Source: an uncultured Microthrixaceae bacterium
GTDB taxonomy: Bacteria > Actinomycetota > Acidimicrobiia > Acidimicrobiales > Acidimicrobilacustridaceae
Assembly (NCBI GenBank): GCA_963740985.1
Contig: CAVUGJ010000002.1
Span: 4,591,105 to 4,655,104, forward strand
DNA: 64,000 bases
Direction: 5' to 3'
The number at the start of each line of letters is the position of its first letter. Position 1 is the first letter of the stretch. This document shows, in pieces, positions 45,232 through 53,184 of the stretch. The notes under the pieces were generated by a model that saw only the letters and a list, made by a program, of their open reading frames with translations, was not told the DNA's origin and made no database searches. Both the position numbers and the translations under genes were made by a program.

Positions 45232-46152
45232 TCAGGCCGCCCGCGAGATGGGCTGGCAAAGTATCCGCCTCACGTAGTCGGGCCGCTGGGTGACCTGGTG
45301 CCAGGTGAACCTCAGCACCGTCCAGCCGGCCAGGTGGAGTTCGTTGGCGCGCACGCGATCGTCCTGAAAGACATCGAACCGGGAGTGAGACTCGTAGCCG
45401 TCCACTTCGATGGCGATCCGCAGCTCCACCAGGGCGAAGTCGATCCGTCGTCGCCGGCCCCCGATCACCACCGGGTGCTGAAAGGTCAACCCGTCGATGC
45501 CCGCCTTGCGGCACAGCTCATCCAGCCGGCTCTCGAGCCGCGTCCGCCCGATGGTGAGCTCCGCGCCGGTGCGTCCGTCGAGCACCTCGCGCAACGTCCC
45601 GCATCCTGATCGACCCCGAGCCGAGAGGGCATCGAGTGTGGCGCGAACCGCGGTGGCCGACACCAGACGCCGCCCGATCAGATCGTCGAGCGTGTTCTCG
45701 ACGGCGAACCTCGGGGCGACCGCTCCCAGGTCGACGAGTAGGCGCAGGGGGGTGGTCACCGGAACACCGCGGTGCACGATGACCTGGTCGGCCGACAGGT
45801 CTAATGATCGGTGCACCACGACTCCCGGCAGGCAGTCGCTGCCGAACCCGGTGGTGACCAACTCGATGCCGTCGGTGTCGATGCCGGGGTCGACCCCCCA
45901 CATCCGGGCCGCGCTGCGATGCGACGCCGCTCGAAGTCCGTTCATGGCCAGACAAGCGGCCAGCACACGCTGCTCGAAGGTCGGGACCGAGCCCGCCACC
46001 CGGTACACCCCGCGGTGTAGACGCTCGAGATGACCGCCGCGCACGCGGTGGTCGATCATCCGTGGCGTCAGCCCGAGCGCCTGTAGCTGCCGGGTGCTGA
46101 CCAGCGCGTGTTGGGTGGAGGCAAGGCGGGAGAGCTCAGCTGGATCAACCAT
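45232..46152 (-). CDS. DUF559 (Vsr-like endonuclease fold) protein with an AbiEi_4-like N-terminal wHTH domain
   Basis: N-terminus: LASTQHALVSTRQLQALGLTPRMIDHRVRGGHLERLHRGVYRV. C-terminus: IDFALVELRIAIEVDGYESHS...DRVRANELHLAGWTVLRFTWHQV is the DUF559 signature. Confidence 0.8.
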   Translation of the reverse strand: MVDPAELSRLASTQHALVSTRQLQALGLTPRMIDHRVRGGHLERLHRGVYRVAGSVPTFEQRVLAACLAMNGLRAASHRSAARMWGVDPGIDTDGIELVTTGFGSDCLPGVVVHRSLDLSADQVIVHRGVPVTTPLRLLVDLGAVAPRFAVENTLDDLIGRRLVSATAVRATLDALSARGRSGCGTLREVLDGRTGAELTIGRTRLESRLDELCRKAGIDGLTFQHPVVIGGRRRRIDFALVELRIAIEVDGYESHSRFDVFQDDRVRANELHLAGWTVLRFTWHQVTQRPDYVRRILCQPISRAA

Positions 46153-46195
46153 GCCGCCAGTTCACTCGGAGGGTGTGACATACCCGTTCAGCCCT

Positions 46196-46246
46196 CGAAA
46201 TCCGTGGAGAAACCCACACCCAGGGGGTGTTTCTCCACGGATTTCG
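46196..46246. repeat. Palindromic hairpin element, copy 2 (arms identical to copy 1)
   Basis: CGAAATCCGTGGAGAAA (46196-46212) and TTTCTCCACGGATTTCG (46230-46246). Same orientation as copy 1. The loop differs by a few bases (CCCACACCCAGGGGGTG). Confidence 0.9.
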
Positions 46247-46294
46247 GGAGGGGTCGGGAGGGGGCGGATTTCGGGAGGGGTCGGGAGGGGGCGG
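46241..46294. repeat. Exact 27-bp tandem duplication abutting hairpin copy 2
   Basis: ATTTCGGGAGGGGTCGGGAGGGGGCGG occurs twice head-to-tail (46241-46267 and 46268-46294). Copy 1 has a single diverged version (ATTTCGCTGAGGGTCGGGGA). Confidence 0.9.
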
Positions 46295-46303
46295 CTCCGG
46301 CGG

Positions 46304-47318
46304 TCACCAGTTGCGGAGGTCGACGGGCCAGGTGTCCACCACCTGGTCGCCTCGGACCACGTGCATCCGCTCGTGGTAGGCCACGGTGGGGTCCACGTGG
46401 CCGGGATGGACCCGGATGCGTTCGCCCACCGACATCGGCGGCTCGCCCCGGCGGCCGAAGGTGAGGTGCTCGTCGGAGCAGAACCACACCTTGTACCCGG
46501 GCGGATCGACCACGGTCGGGTTGCCGTGGTCCATGCCCAGCGCCTTGAGACCCACGTCAGCCACGGCGTAGCCGGCATCGGGGTTGGCCGAGATGACGGT
46601 GCCGGCCAGCGACAGCGCGGCCTCGAAGGGCAGGTCGAGGGCGCCGTAGGCCGTGTCCATGAGCAGGTAGGAGCCGGCCTGGAGCTCGGTGATCCAGGTG
46701 TTGAGGTCCCAGGTGCCGGTGCCGCCACCAGAGATCGACATCGCCGCCGACCGCGGCATGGGCCTGCACCAGCAGGGCCATCGACTCGGCCACGCCGGAT
46801 GCTCGGGCGGCGCGGTCCTCCAGACCGACCAGATGGCCCTCGTAGCCCATCACGCCCCGCACCTCGAGGCCGAGAGCCCGGGCCTGGTCCGCCAATCGAC
46901 CGGCTTGGTCGGGGGGACAGCCGCAGCGGGGAAGGCCGACGTTCACGTCGATGAGCACCTCGGGTACACCGCCGGTGGCGGCGGCGGCGATCGTCTCGGG
47001 GGAGTCGACCGCCACCGTGACCCGGGCGCCCTGGTCGACTAGCGCGCCCAGCCGCCGGGCGTCGAGCACCTCGTTGGCCAGTAGCAGGTCGTGGACCAGC
47101 CCCGCCTCGGCCATGCCCTCCATCTCCCGGATGGTGGCGCAGCAGAACCCGGGGTGACCGGCGTCGGCCAGGTGGCGAGCCAGGGCGGTGGACTTGAACG
47201 CCTTCACGTGCGGGCGAAGGGCCGCGCCGGGCCAGCGGGCGGCCATGGTGGCGATGTTGGCGTCCAGTCGGTCGAGGTCGACCACCAGCGCCGGGGTGGG
47301 GAGCTCGTCCACGCGCAC
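46304..47318 (-). pseudogene. D-serine dehydratase-like / D-threonine aldolase family PLP enzyme (alanine racemase N-terminal fold), frameshift near 46745-46752
   Basis: N-terminal part: MRVDELPTPALVVDLDRLDANI...LRPHVKAFKS (PLP Lys). C-terminal part in another frame: ISGGGTGTWDLNTWITELQAGSYLLMDTAY...RIRVHPGHVDPTVAYHERMHVVRGDQVVDTWPVDLRNW*. Confidence 0.75.
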
Positions 47319-47401
47319 GCTGCGACCCTACGCCGAGGCATGCCGACAGGGGCGGGGTTAGCGTCGACACGTCCGATTGATCGAGTCACTGGGGAGCCTC
47401 C

Positions 47402-48670
47402 ATGTCCGCCGACGACGAGATGGTGCAGGTGCCGCGCCGGGAGTGGGAAGCAATGCAGGCGCAGCTCGCCGACGGTGAGCGGCCCGACCGCCGCCCCACG
47501 TCCGTGGTGGAGCCCGGCACACGGTCGGTGGGTGGGCTCACCGGCCGACGAGGCGTGCTCAAGCACGGCGCCTTGCTCATGGCCGGGGCGGTGGTTGGGG
47601 CGTCCGCCTTGGTGGTGGCGGAGGCGGGTCCGGCCGAGGCCACCACCGGGACGATGAAGTTCGGCGCCACCAACAACGCCGCGGCCACCAACACCACGCT
47701 CAAGGCCACCGCCAATCCGACCTTCACGGTGGCCAACACTGCCGGCGGGATCTCGGTGCTGGCCACCGACCTCGGGTCGGGGACCGGGACCCCGCTCGAG
47801 GTGGCGGTCGACAACGCGCTCAACACCAGCCCCATGGCCCTGTTCAGCAGCGTCGGCAGCGGTGACGGGATTCAGAGCACCATGTTCGGGGGTCCGGGCA
47901 CGGCCGTGACCGGGGCGATCCAGGCGGGTGGTTCGGGGACGGGCGTCGGGGTGCACGGCACCATCGAGGTGCACGGGAACTCGAGCGCGGCGGTCCAGGC
48001 CGACACCATCGGCCTCGGCCCGGCGCTGGCCGCCACCATCGACAGCGTGGCCAACTTCCAGCCCGCCATCCTGACCACGACCAACGGTCGCGGGGCCGGG
48101 CTGTCGGCCAGCCTCACCCAGGCCGCGAACCCCGCGCCGGCGGTGGACGCCAACACCAACGGGGTGGGCCCCGCCGTGGCCGGCACCATCGACAACGCCG
48201 CCAGCGCGGCCAGCGCCGTGTCGGGCACCACCAACGGCACCGGCGCGGCCGTGGTGGGCCAGATCACCAACGCGTCGAGCTCGTCGGTGGCGGTGGGCGG
48301 GGTCACCAACGGCACCGGCGCGGCCTTCGGTGGACTGGCGGTCGGCGCCGGCCCTGCGGTTCGGGCCACGGTGTGGGGCACGGGCGCCGGAGTGGTCGCC
48401 CAGGTCGTCGTTCCCTCCAACAGCCAGGCGGCGGTGTCCGCCTCCACCGCCGGCACCGGCGCGGCGGTCCAGGGCTCGGCCACGGGTGCCGGGAGCCGCG
48501 GCGGCGTGTTCGGGGGCGTGGCCGCGCAACTTCAGCTGGTGCCGGGCGCGGCGTCGTCGCATCCCAGCTCGGGTCAGACGGGCGATCTCTACCTCGACAG
48601 CGCCAGCCGCCTCTGGCTGTGCACCACCGGCGGCAGTACCGCCACCTGGAAGCAGGTCCAGCTGGCGTAG
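47402..48670 (+). CDS. Tat-signal secreted repetitive Gly/Ala/Thr-rich protein (hypothetical)
   Basis: GGGGAG RBS. About 45 aa of charged N-terminal extension, then GRRGVLKHGALLMAGAVVGASALVVA (twin-arginine signal). Degenerate repeats of about 20 aa follow (...TNG.GAAV.G.I.NA.S...AV). The C-terminus is GDLYLDSASRLWLCTTGGSTATWKQV. Confidence 0.65.
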   Translation: MSADDEMVQVPRREWEAMQAQLADGERPDRRPTSVVEPGTRSVGGLTGRRGVLKHGALLMAGAVVGASALVVAEAGPAEATTGTMKFGATNNAAATNTTLKATANPTFTVANTAGGISVLATDLGSGTGTPLEVAVDNALNTSPMALFSSVGSGDGIQSTMFGGPGTAVTGAIQAGGSGTGVGVHGTIEVHGNSSAAVQADTIGLGPALAATIDSVANFQPAILTTTNGRGAGLSASLTQAANPAPAVDANTNGVGPAVAGTIDNAASAASAVSGTTNGTGAAVVGQITNASSSSVAVGGVTNGTGAAFGGLAVGAGPAVRATVWGTGAGVVAQVVVPSNSQAAVSASTAGTGAAVQGSATGAGSRGGVFGGVAAQLQLVPGAASSHPSSGQTGDLYLDSASRLWLCTTGGSTATWKQVQLA

Positions 48671-48754
48671 GGGCCGGGCCATCTTCGACCCGCCGGGGTG
48701 GCCAGCGGCCCCTGGAAGGGTCCGGGAGCCCTAAAGTCGCAGGTCACACCCCAC

Positions 48755-48839
48755 GCACCAGTGGCGGAATCAGGCAGACGCGCAGGGTTTAGGTCCCTGT
48801 GCCCGAAAGGGCGTCCGGGTTCGATTCCCGGCTGGTGCA
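48755..48839 (+). tRNA. tRNA-Leu (anticodon TAG)
   Basis: Manual fold: acceptor GCACCAG/CTGGTGC, D-stem GCG/CGC, anticodon stem CAGGG/CCCTG with loop TTTAGGT, long variable arm GCCC-GAAA-GGGC, T-arm CCGGG-TTCGATT-CCCGG, discriminator A. CCA is not encoded. Confidence 0.9.
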
Positions 48840-48853
48840 CTGCATCGGAAGCC

Positions 48854-49440
48854 TCAGTCGAACCACGGTGTTGCGAGGCCGGCGGAGATCACACGGTCGG
48901 CTGCTCGTAGCCCAGCGTCGACGCGGCGTGTCACCTTGGCCAGGGACCGCTCGGTGCGCGTGGCGCGGAGTAGCGAGTCAGCCTGGATTTGCCGCAGCCC
49001 GACAAGGGCGGTGGCGGCGATCGCGGCACGCGGATCGCCCTCCTACGAGGCCGTGACGAGTCGCGAGAGCGGTCGCAACGGCGGTCGTGCAGACCTCCTT
49101 GCGTCCGCTCAGCTGGGCACTGAGGGAGGGCGTCGTTCGAATCAGCTCGCCAAATCGGTGAAGGCCTCCGATCGCCACGGAGTCGTCCCCGTGTCGCGGC
49201 CGAGTCGAGGAGCCGCCGCAGTCGCGATCCAATGCGTCGACGACGGCGATGACGGGGTCGCCGGCGGACTCGCCCACGGCTGCTACAAGCGCCTCCGCAG
49301 CCGGCTCGAGCCGATCGAGGATCAGGGACTCCTTGGTGGGGATGTAGTTGAAGACACATCTTGACGAGGCGGGTCTGCGGGCACCTCGTGTCGATGCTCG
49401 TGCATCATCCAAGAGTCGCGAGACGACCTCGGCGGCGGCT
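48854..49440 (-). pseudogene. TetR family regulator remnant (frameshift near 49030; no credible start codon)
   Basis: ...ARRPASSRCVFNYIPTKESLILDRL... (HTH end / FNYFPxKE-like motif) is in the frame of track ORF 48978..49733. The tail ...DPRAAIAATALVGLRQIQADSLLRATRTERSLAKVTRRVDAGLRAADRVISAGLATPWFD* is in another frame (stop 48854-48856). Confidence 0.5.
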
Positions 49441-49461
49441 GTGAACGAATCCGGCTTGGGC

Positions 49462-50067
49462 TCATCTGCCGACGCTGAGGGCGAGGAGGGTATTGACCGC
49501 AGTTTCGAACGGACGGGTACTCCGTTGCACCTGGGCGAGTAGAAGCCCTCCTTGGAGCGTGGCGAGGAGAGTCGTGGCGAGGTCGTCCGGGTCGATGTCG
49601 GACGGGAGTTTCCCGTCGGCATGAAGGGATCTGAGTCCATCGCTGATGGCGGCGGCCCACTGATCGAATCCTGCCGCGATGAGCGCTCGGGCCTCGGGGT
49701 CGCTCTCGGCGAGTTGACCAACGAGCGAACCAAGTTGGCAGCCGCCTTTCGCTTGGGTCCGCCTCGCTGCGGTGATCACCATGTTCCGCCAGGCTTCGAC
49801 TCCGTTCCCGCTGTCGAGCGCGTGCCGATTGCGTTCGACGATGGTGTCGGCTTGGTAGTCGATGACCGCCTGCACGAGTTCGTTCTTGTCGGCGAAGTAG
49901 TGGGTCATCTGAGACCCGCTGACTCCCGCCGCGGCCCTGACGTCTTCCAAGGTCGCGCCCAACACCCCGCGCTCATGGATCAGGGCGGCGGCCTCCTCCA
50001 CGATCCGTGCCCGGGTGCGCGCCCCCTTGGGCGTGAGTCTCGGCCGGTCACTCGTCTCGTCGACCAT
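49462..50067 (-). CDS. TetR/AcrR family transcriptional regulator
   Basis: ARTRARIVEEAAALIHERGVLGATLEDVRAAAGVSGSQMTHYFADKNELV is a TetR N-terminal HTH; 201 aa. Confidence 0.9.
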   Translation of the reverse strand: MVDETSDRPRLTPKGARTRARIVEEAAALIHERGVLGATLEDVRAAAGVSGSQMTHYFADKNELVQAVIDYQADTIVERNRHALDSGNGVEAWRNMVITAARRTQAKGGCQLGSLVGQLAESDPEARALIAAGFDQWAAAISDGLRSLHADGKLPSDIDPDDLATTLLATLQGGLLLAQVQRSTRPFETAVNTLLALSVGR

Positions 50068-50165
50068 GCATCGATGCTAACAGCGATTCTGGGTTTGACA
50101 ACCCAGTTCCGGACTGTCAGAGTGGGTTTCGAAACCCATTCTGGGACGAGAGGACGACGGATCGC

Positions 50166-50915
50166 ATGACTGACCTAGAAGGCAAGACAGCTCTGGTAAC
50201 GGGCTCGACGAGCGGTATCGGCAAGGCCACGGCCATCGCGCTGGCCGCCCGCGGCGCTCACGTACTGGTAGTCGGACGCGATGAACAACGAGCCAAGGAC
50301 GTGGTCGCCGAGATCGCAGGCAGGGGCGGCAGCGCATCGTTCAGGCTCACCACATTGGGCGACCTCGAATCGGCCCAGGACCTGGTCGAGTGGGCCACTG
50401 AGGCGGGCGACGGTCACGTCGACATCCTCATCAACAACGCTGGCGTCGCCTTGCTCGGACCAAGCAACGCAGCCACCGAAGCAGAGTTCGACGAGACCTT
50501 CGCACTCAACGTCAAGATTCCCTTCTTCCTCGTCGCATCCTTGGCACCGGCCATGGCCGAACGCGGATGGGGCTCGATCGTCAACATCTCCACGATGGTC
50601 GCCAGCTTCGGACAGGCCGGCATGGCCCTGTACGGCGCCAGCCGAGCAGCTCTCGAACTGCTGACGAAGGCCTGGGCCGCCGAGTACGGCGCAAGTGGGG
50701 TTCGGGTCAACGCCGTTGCTCCCGGCCCGACGCGCACCCGCATGATGGAAAGTGTCCCTGACGAGATGGTGAACCAGCTCGCAGCACTGGCACCAGCGGG
50801 TCGCGTAGCTGAGCCCGAGGAACTTGCTGCGGCGATCGTCTTCCTGGCCAGTGACGATGGCAGCTTCGTGCACGGGGTCACGCTTGCGGTCGACGGCGGC
50901 CGGGTCGCGACCTAA
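50166..50915 (+). CDS. SDR family oxidoreductase
   Basis: GKTALVTGSTSGIGKATA and YGASRAAL (YxxxK-like region); 249 aa. Divergent from the TetR gene. Confidence 0.9.
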   Translation: MTDLEGKTALVTGSTSGIGKATAIALAARGAHVLVVGRDEQRAKDVVAEIAGRGGSASFRLTTLGDLESAQDLVEWATEAGDGHVDILINNAGVALLGPSNAATEAEFDETFALNVKIPFFLVASLAPAMAERGWGSIVNISTMVASFGQAGMALYGASRAALELLTKAWAAEYGASGVRVNAVAPGPTRTRMMESVPDEMVNQLAALAPAGRVAEPEELAAAIVFLASDDGSFVHGVTLAVDGGRVAT

Positions 50916-50988
50916 CACCAGCCGTGCCACGGTGACGCGGTGTGAAGACGTAGACGGCGGATCAATCTAACCATCGAGGAGTATCAAT

Positions 50989-51309
50989 ATGAGTGCATAC
51001 GTAGTTGTCGAATTCACGGTCAATGACCCGGAAATGTACCGTGAGAAATACGCCCCAATTGCCGGGCAGACGGCCAAAGCTCATGGAGGTGAGGTAATCG
51101 CCGCCGGCAACTGGGAGGTCCTGCACGGCGATGGGTCGCTCACTTCAGGAGCACTCGTGCGGTTTACCGACGTTGCGACGGCCCTCCGGTGGTACAACTC
51201 GCCTGAATACCAGCAGCTCATCGATGTCCGAAGTGTCGCGATGGATGCCCGCTTCAGGTTGCTTGACGGCATCCCTACGCCCACAGAAGGTGGGACGGAG
51301 TCCGAATGA
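50989..51309 (+). CDS. DUF1330 domain protein
   Basis: MSAYVVVEFTVNDPEMYREKYAPIAGQTAKAHGGEVIAAG...VRFTDVATALRWYNSPEYQQL is the characteristic DUF1330 pattern. Sampled lines here are about 46% GC. Confidence 0.8.
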   Translation: MSAYVVVEFTVNDPEMYREKYAPIAGQTAKAHGGEVIAAGNWEVLHGDGSLTSGALVRFTDVATALRWYNSPEYQQLIDVRSVAMDARFRLLDGIPTPTEGGTESE

Positions 51310-52226
51310 GCGAACTGCCAGGAAAGACCGTTCTCATCACCGGTGCCAACGCCGGGATCGGCAAGGAGGTAGCCCGGCAACTGGCGTCACGGCCCGAGAT
51401 AGCCCGCATCTACTTGGCGTGCCGGAACCAGGATCGGGCGACAACGGCAAAGGCCGAGCTCGAAGCCGCGACCGGCCGCCGGATCTTCGATATCGTTCTC
51501 ATGGACGTCGCCGACCTGGGTTCGGTCCGCGCTGGCCTTGCGGCCATCGACGGATCCATTGATGCGCTGGTCATGAACGCTGGTGTCATTGGCCCGCAGT
51601 CGATGGACTTGACCGCTGACGGGGTCACCATTGTGTTCGCGACGAACGTCCTTGGCCACGTCGTCCTCCTCGAAGGGCTCCTAGCCGAGGGGCGCCTTGG
51701 CGAGGTTGCGGTCTTCGCCGGAAGTGAAGCAGTCAGGGGGGTCCCGAAGTTGCGGATGAAGGGGCCATCGTTCGTCTCAACCTCAGCCGACGAGCTCGCC
51801 ACTGTCATCGACGGCAGCTACTTCGCCAGCGGAAAACCTGACTTCAACCTTGCTTTCGGGCAGGCCAAGTACATTGGCGCCCTATGGATGGGCTACCTGG
51901 CCCGCCAACACCCCGAGCGCCGCTTCATCACCGTGAGCCCCGGCAACACCACCGGCACCCAAGCAGCCAGTGACCTCCCATTGCCGATGCGTATAGCGGC
52001 CAAATACGTCATGCCCACCCTGGGTCTCTCCCACACACTGGACGTGGGCGCGAAGCGACTGGTCGACGGTGTCACCGACCCGACCCTGTCGAGCGGCGCG
52101 TTCTACGCCAGCGCGGCCAACAAGTTGAAGGGCCCCGTGGTCAACCAAGCGGACATCTTCCCCGACTTGGCTAACCCATCCTTTCAGGACCACGCCAACG
52201 AGGCCATCCACCGCTTCGTCACCTAG
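51306..52226 (+). CDS. SDR family NAD(P)-dependent oxidoreductase (retinol-dehydrogenase-like)
   Basis: ATGA overlap with the upstream gene. GKTVLITGANAGIGKEVARQLA and YGQAKYIGAL (YxxxK); 306 aa. Confidence 0.85.
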   Translation: MSELPGKTVLITGANAGIGKEVARQLASRPEIARIYLACRNQDRATTAKAELEAATGRRIFDIVLMDVADLGSVRAGLAAIDGSIDALVMNAGVIGPQSMDLTADGVTIVFATNVLGHVVLLEGLLAEGRLGEVAVFAGSEAVRGVPKLRMKGPSFVSTSADELATVIDGSYFASGKPDFNLAFGQAKYIGALWMGYLARQHPERRFITVSPGNTTGTQAASDLPLPMRIAAKYVMPTLGLSHTLDVGAKRLVDGVTDPTLSSGAFYASAANKLKGPVVNQADIFPDLANPSFQDHANEAIHRFVT

Positions 52227-52367
52227 TGACGTTCGGACTGCTGGGTGTCAAGGGTCTGAGGGGGAGCTGTCCTAGCCGCCGACTCGGTCGAAGGGCTGCT
52301 TGCGGGTTCCAGCGGAGCCTCAGTCGGATTAAAAGCAGTCCCACTAGGTGCATCAAGTCCGGACGCG

Positions 52368-52762
52368 TCAGACCGGGTGCGGGACCTGCGGCACGGGCGG
52401 CGCCGGGGTGAGGCCGTGGCGGGTCATCACCGCCATGAGGGCGCCGGGATCGGGCGGGCCGTCGGGGGACCGGTCCAACGCCTCGGCGATCTCGTGGAAG
52501 TACGCGGGCGTGAACACGCCGGGCGTAGCTACCGAGAGGAACACGCCGTCGACGTTGCCGGCGTTCTCGAAGTCGTGGACCTGCCTCGACCGACGAACAC
52601 CGCATCGCCGCGATGCAGCTGCCGGACTTCGCCGTCGCAGCGGACGGTGAAGGTCCCTTCGAGGACGTAGAGCGTCTCGTCGAACCCGTCATGGCTGTGG
52701 GGGGGAGGGACGAACGCGCCCGCCGGCACCCGGGTCTCGAAGACCGTGGACCGCGCCCGCAT
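52368..52762 (-). pseudogene. Cupin domain protein, frameshift near 52581-52586
   Basis: ...VPAGAFVPPPHSHDGFDETLYVLEGTFTVRCDGEVRQLHRGDAVFVGRG, then a frame change to QVHDFENAGNVDGVFLSVATPGVFTPAYFHEIAEAL...* (stop 52368-52370). The GxxVxVPRGxVHxFxN-type motif is split. Confidence 0.7.
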
Positions 52763-53150
52763 GCTCGACGACGTGCACGCCGCCGGCTATCTCGACGTGG
52801 TGCCGGCCCACGCCGCCGTGCTGCGCTACCCCGGGCCCGACGGTCGCCGGCCATCCGATCTGGCGGTCGAGGCGGGGATGTCCCGCCAGGCCATGAACTA
52901 CCTCCTCGGCCAGCTCGAGCAACTTGGCTACCTGGTGCGCGGCGACGACGACACCGACGGGCGATCTCGCCGGGTCTCCCTCACCGAGCGCGGCTGGGCG
53001 GTCCGACAGTGCCTTCGCGACTCGGTGACGGCGATCGAGGCTGAGCTCGAGGTCGAGCTCGGTCACCGCCAGCTCGACCAGCTCCGCTCCCTGCTGGTCG
53101 AGCTGAACCAGTCGTCCGTCGTCGTCGGCTTCCGGCGCCGAGTGCAGTAA
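52746..53150 (+). CDS. MarR family transcriptional regulator
   Basis: ...VVPAHAAVLRYPGPDGRRPSDLAVEAGMSRQAMNYLLGQLEQLGYLVRGDDDTDGRSRRVSLTERG is a winged-helix MarR core. Start is GTG 52746 or ATG 52761. Confidence 0.8.
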   Translation: MDRARMLDDVHAAGYLDVVPAHAAVLRYPGPDGRRPSDLAVEAGMSRQAMNYLLGQLEQLGYLVRGDDDTDGRSRRVSLTERGWAVRQCLRDSVTAIEAELEVELGHRQLDQLRSLLVELNQSSVVVGFRRRVQ

Positions 53151-53169
53151 CGCCGCAGGTGCGCAGCAC
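53122..53169 (+). repeat. 48-bp direct repeat, copy A (forms the last codons of the MarR gene plus downstream sequence)
   Basis: TCGTCGGCTTCCGGCGCCGAgtgcaGTAAC-GCCGCAGGTGCGCAGCAC. About 88% identical to 56675-56723. Confidence 0.85.
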
Positions 53170-53184
53170 GTGCGGGGCGTCGGC

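Noticed and set aside
45232-46152. DUF559 gene as a transposase or IS element
   Set aside because: There is no DDE, serine or tyrosine recombinase motif. The flanking repeats are hairpins in direct orientation rather than terminal inverted repeats. It is reported as a possible cassette only.
52746-52762. Divergent cupin and MarR genes with overlapping start codons (CATG at 52760-52763) as a regulatory oddity
   Set aside because: Both N-termini are uncertain. The cupin is already frameshifted and looks N-terminally short, and MarR has two candidate starts. The overlap is probably an annotation or decay artefact.
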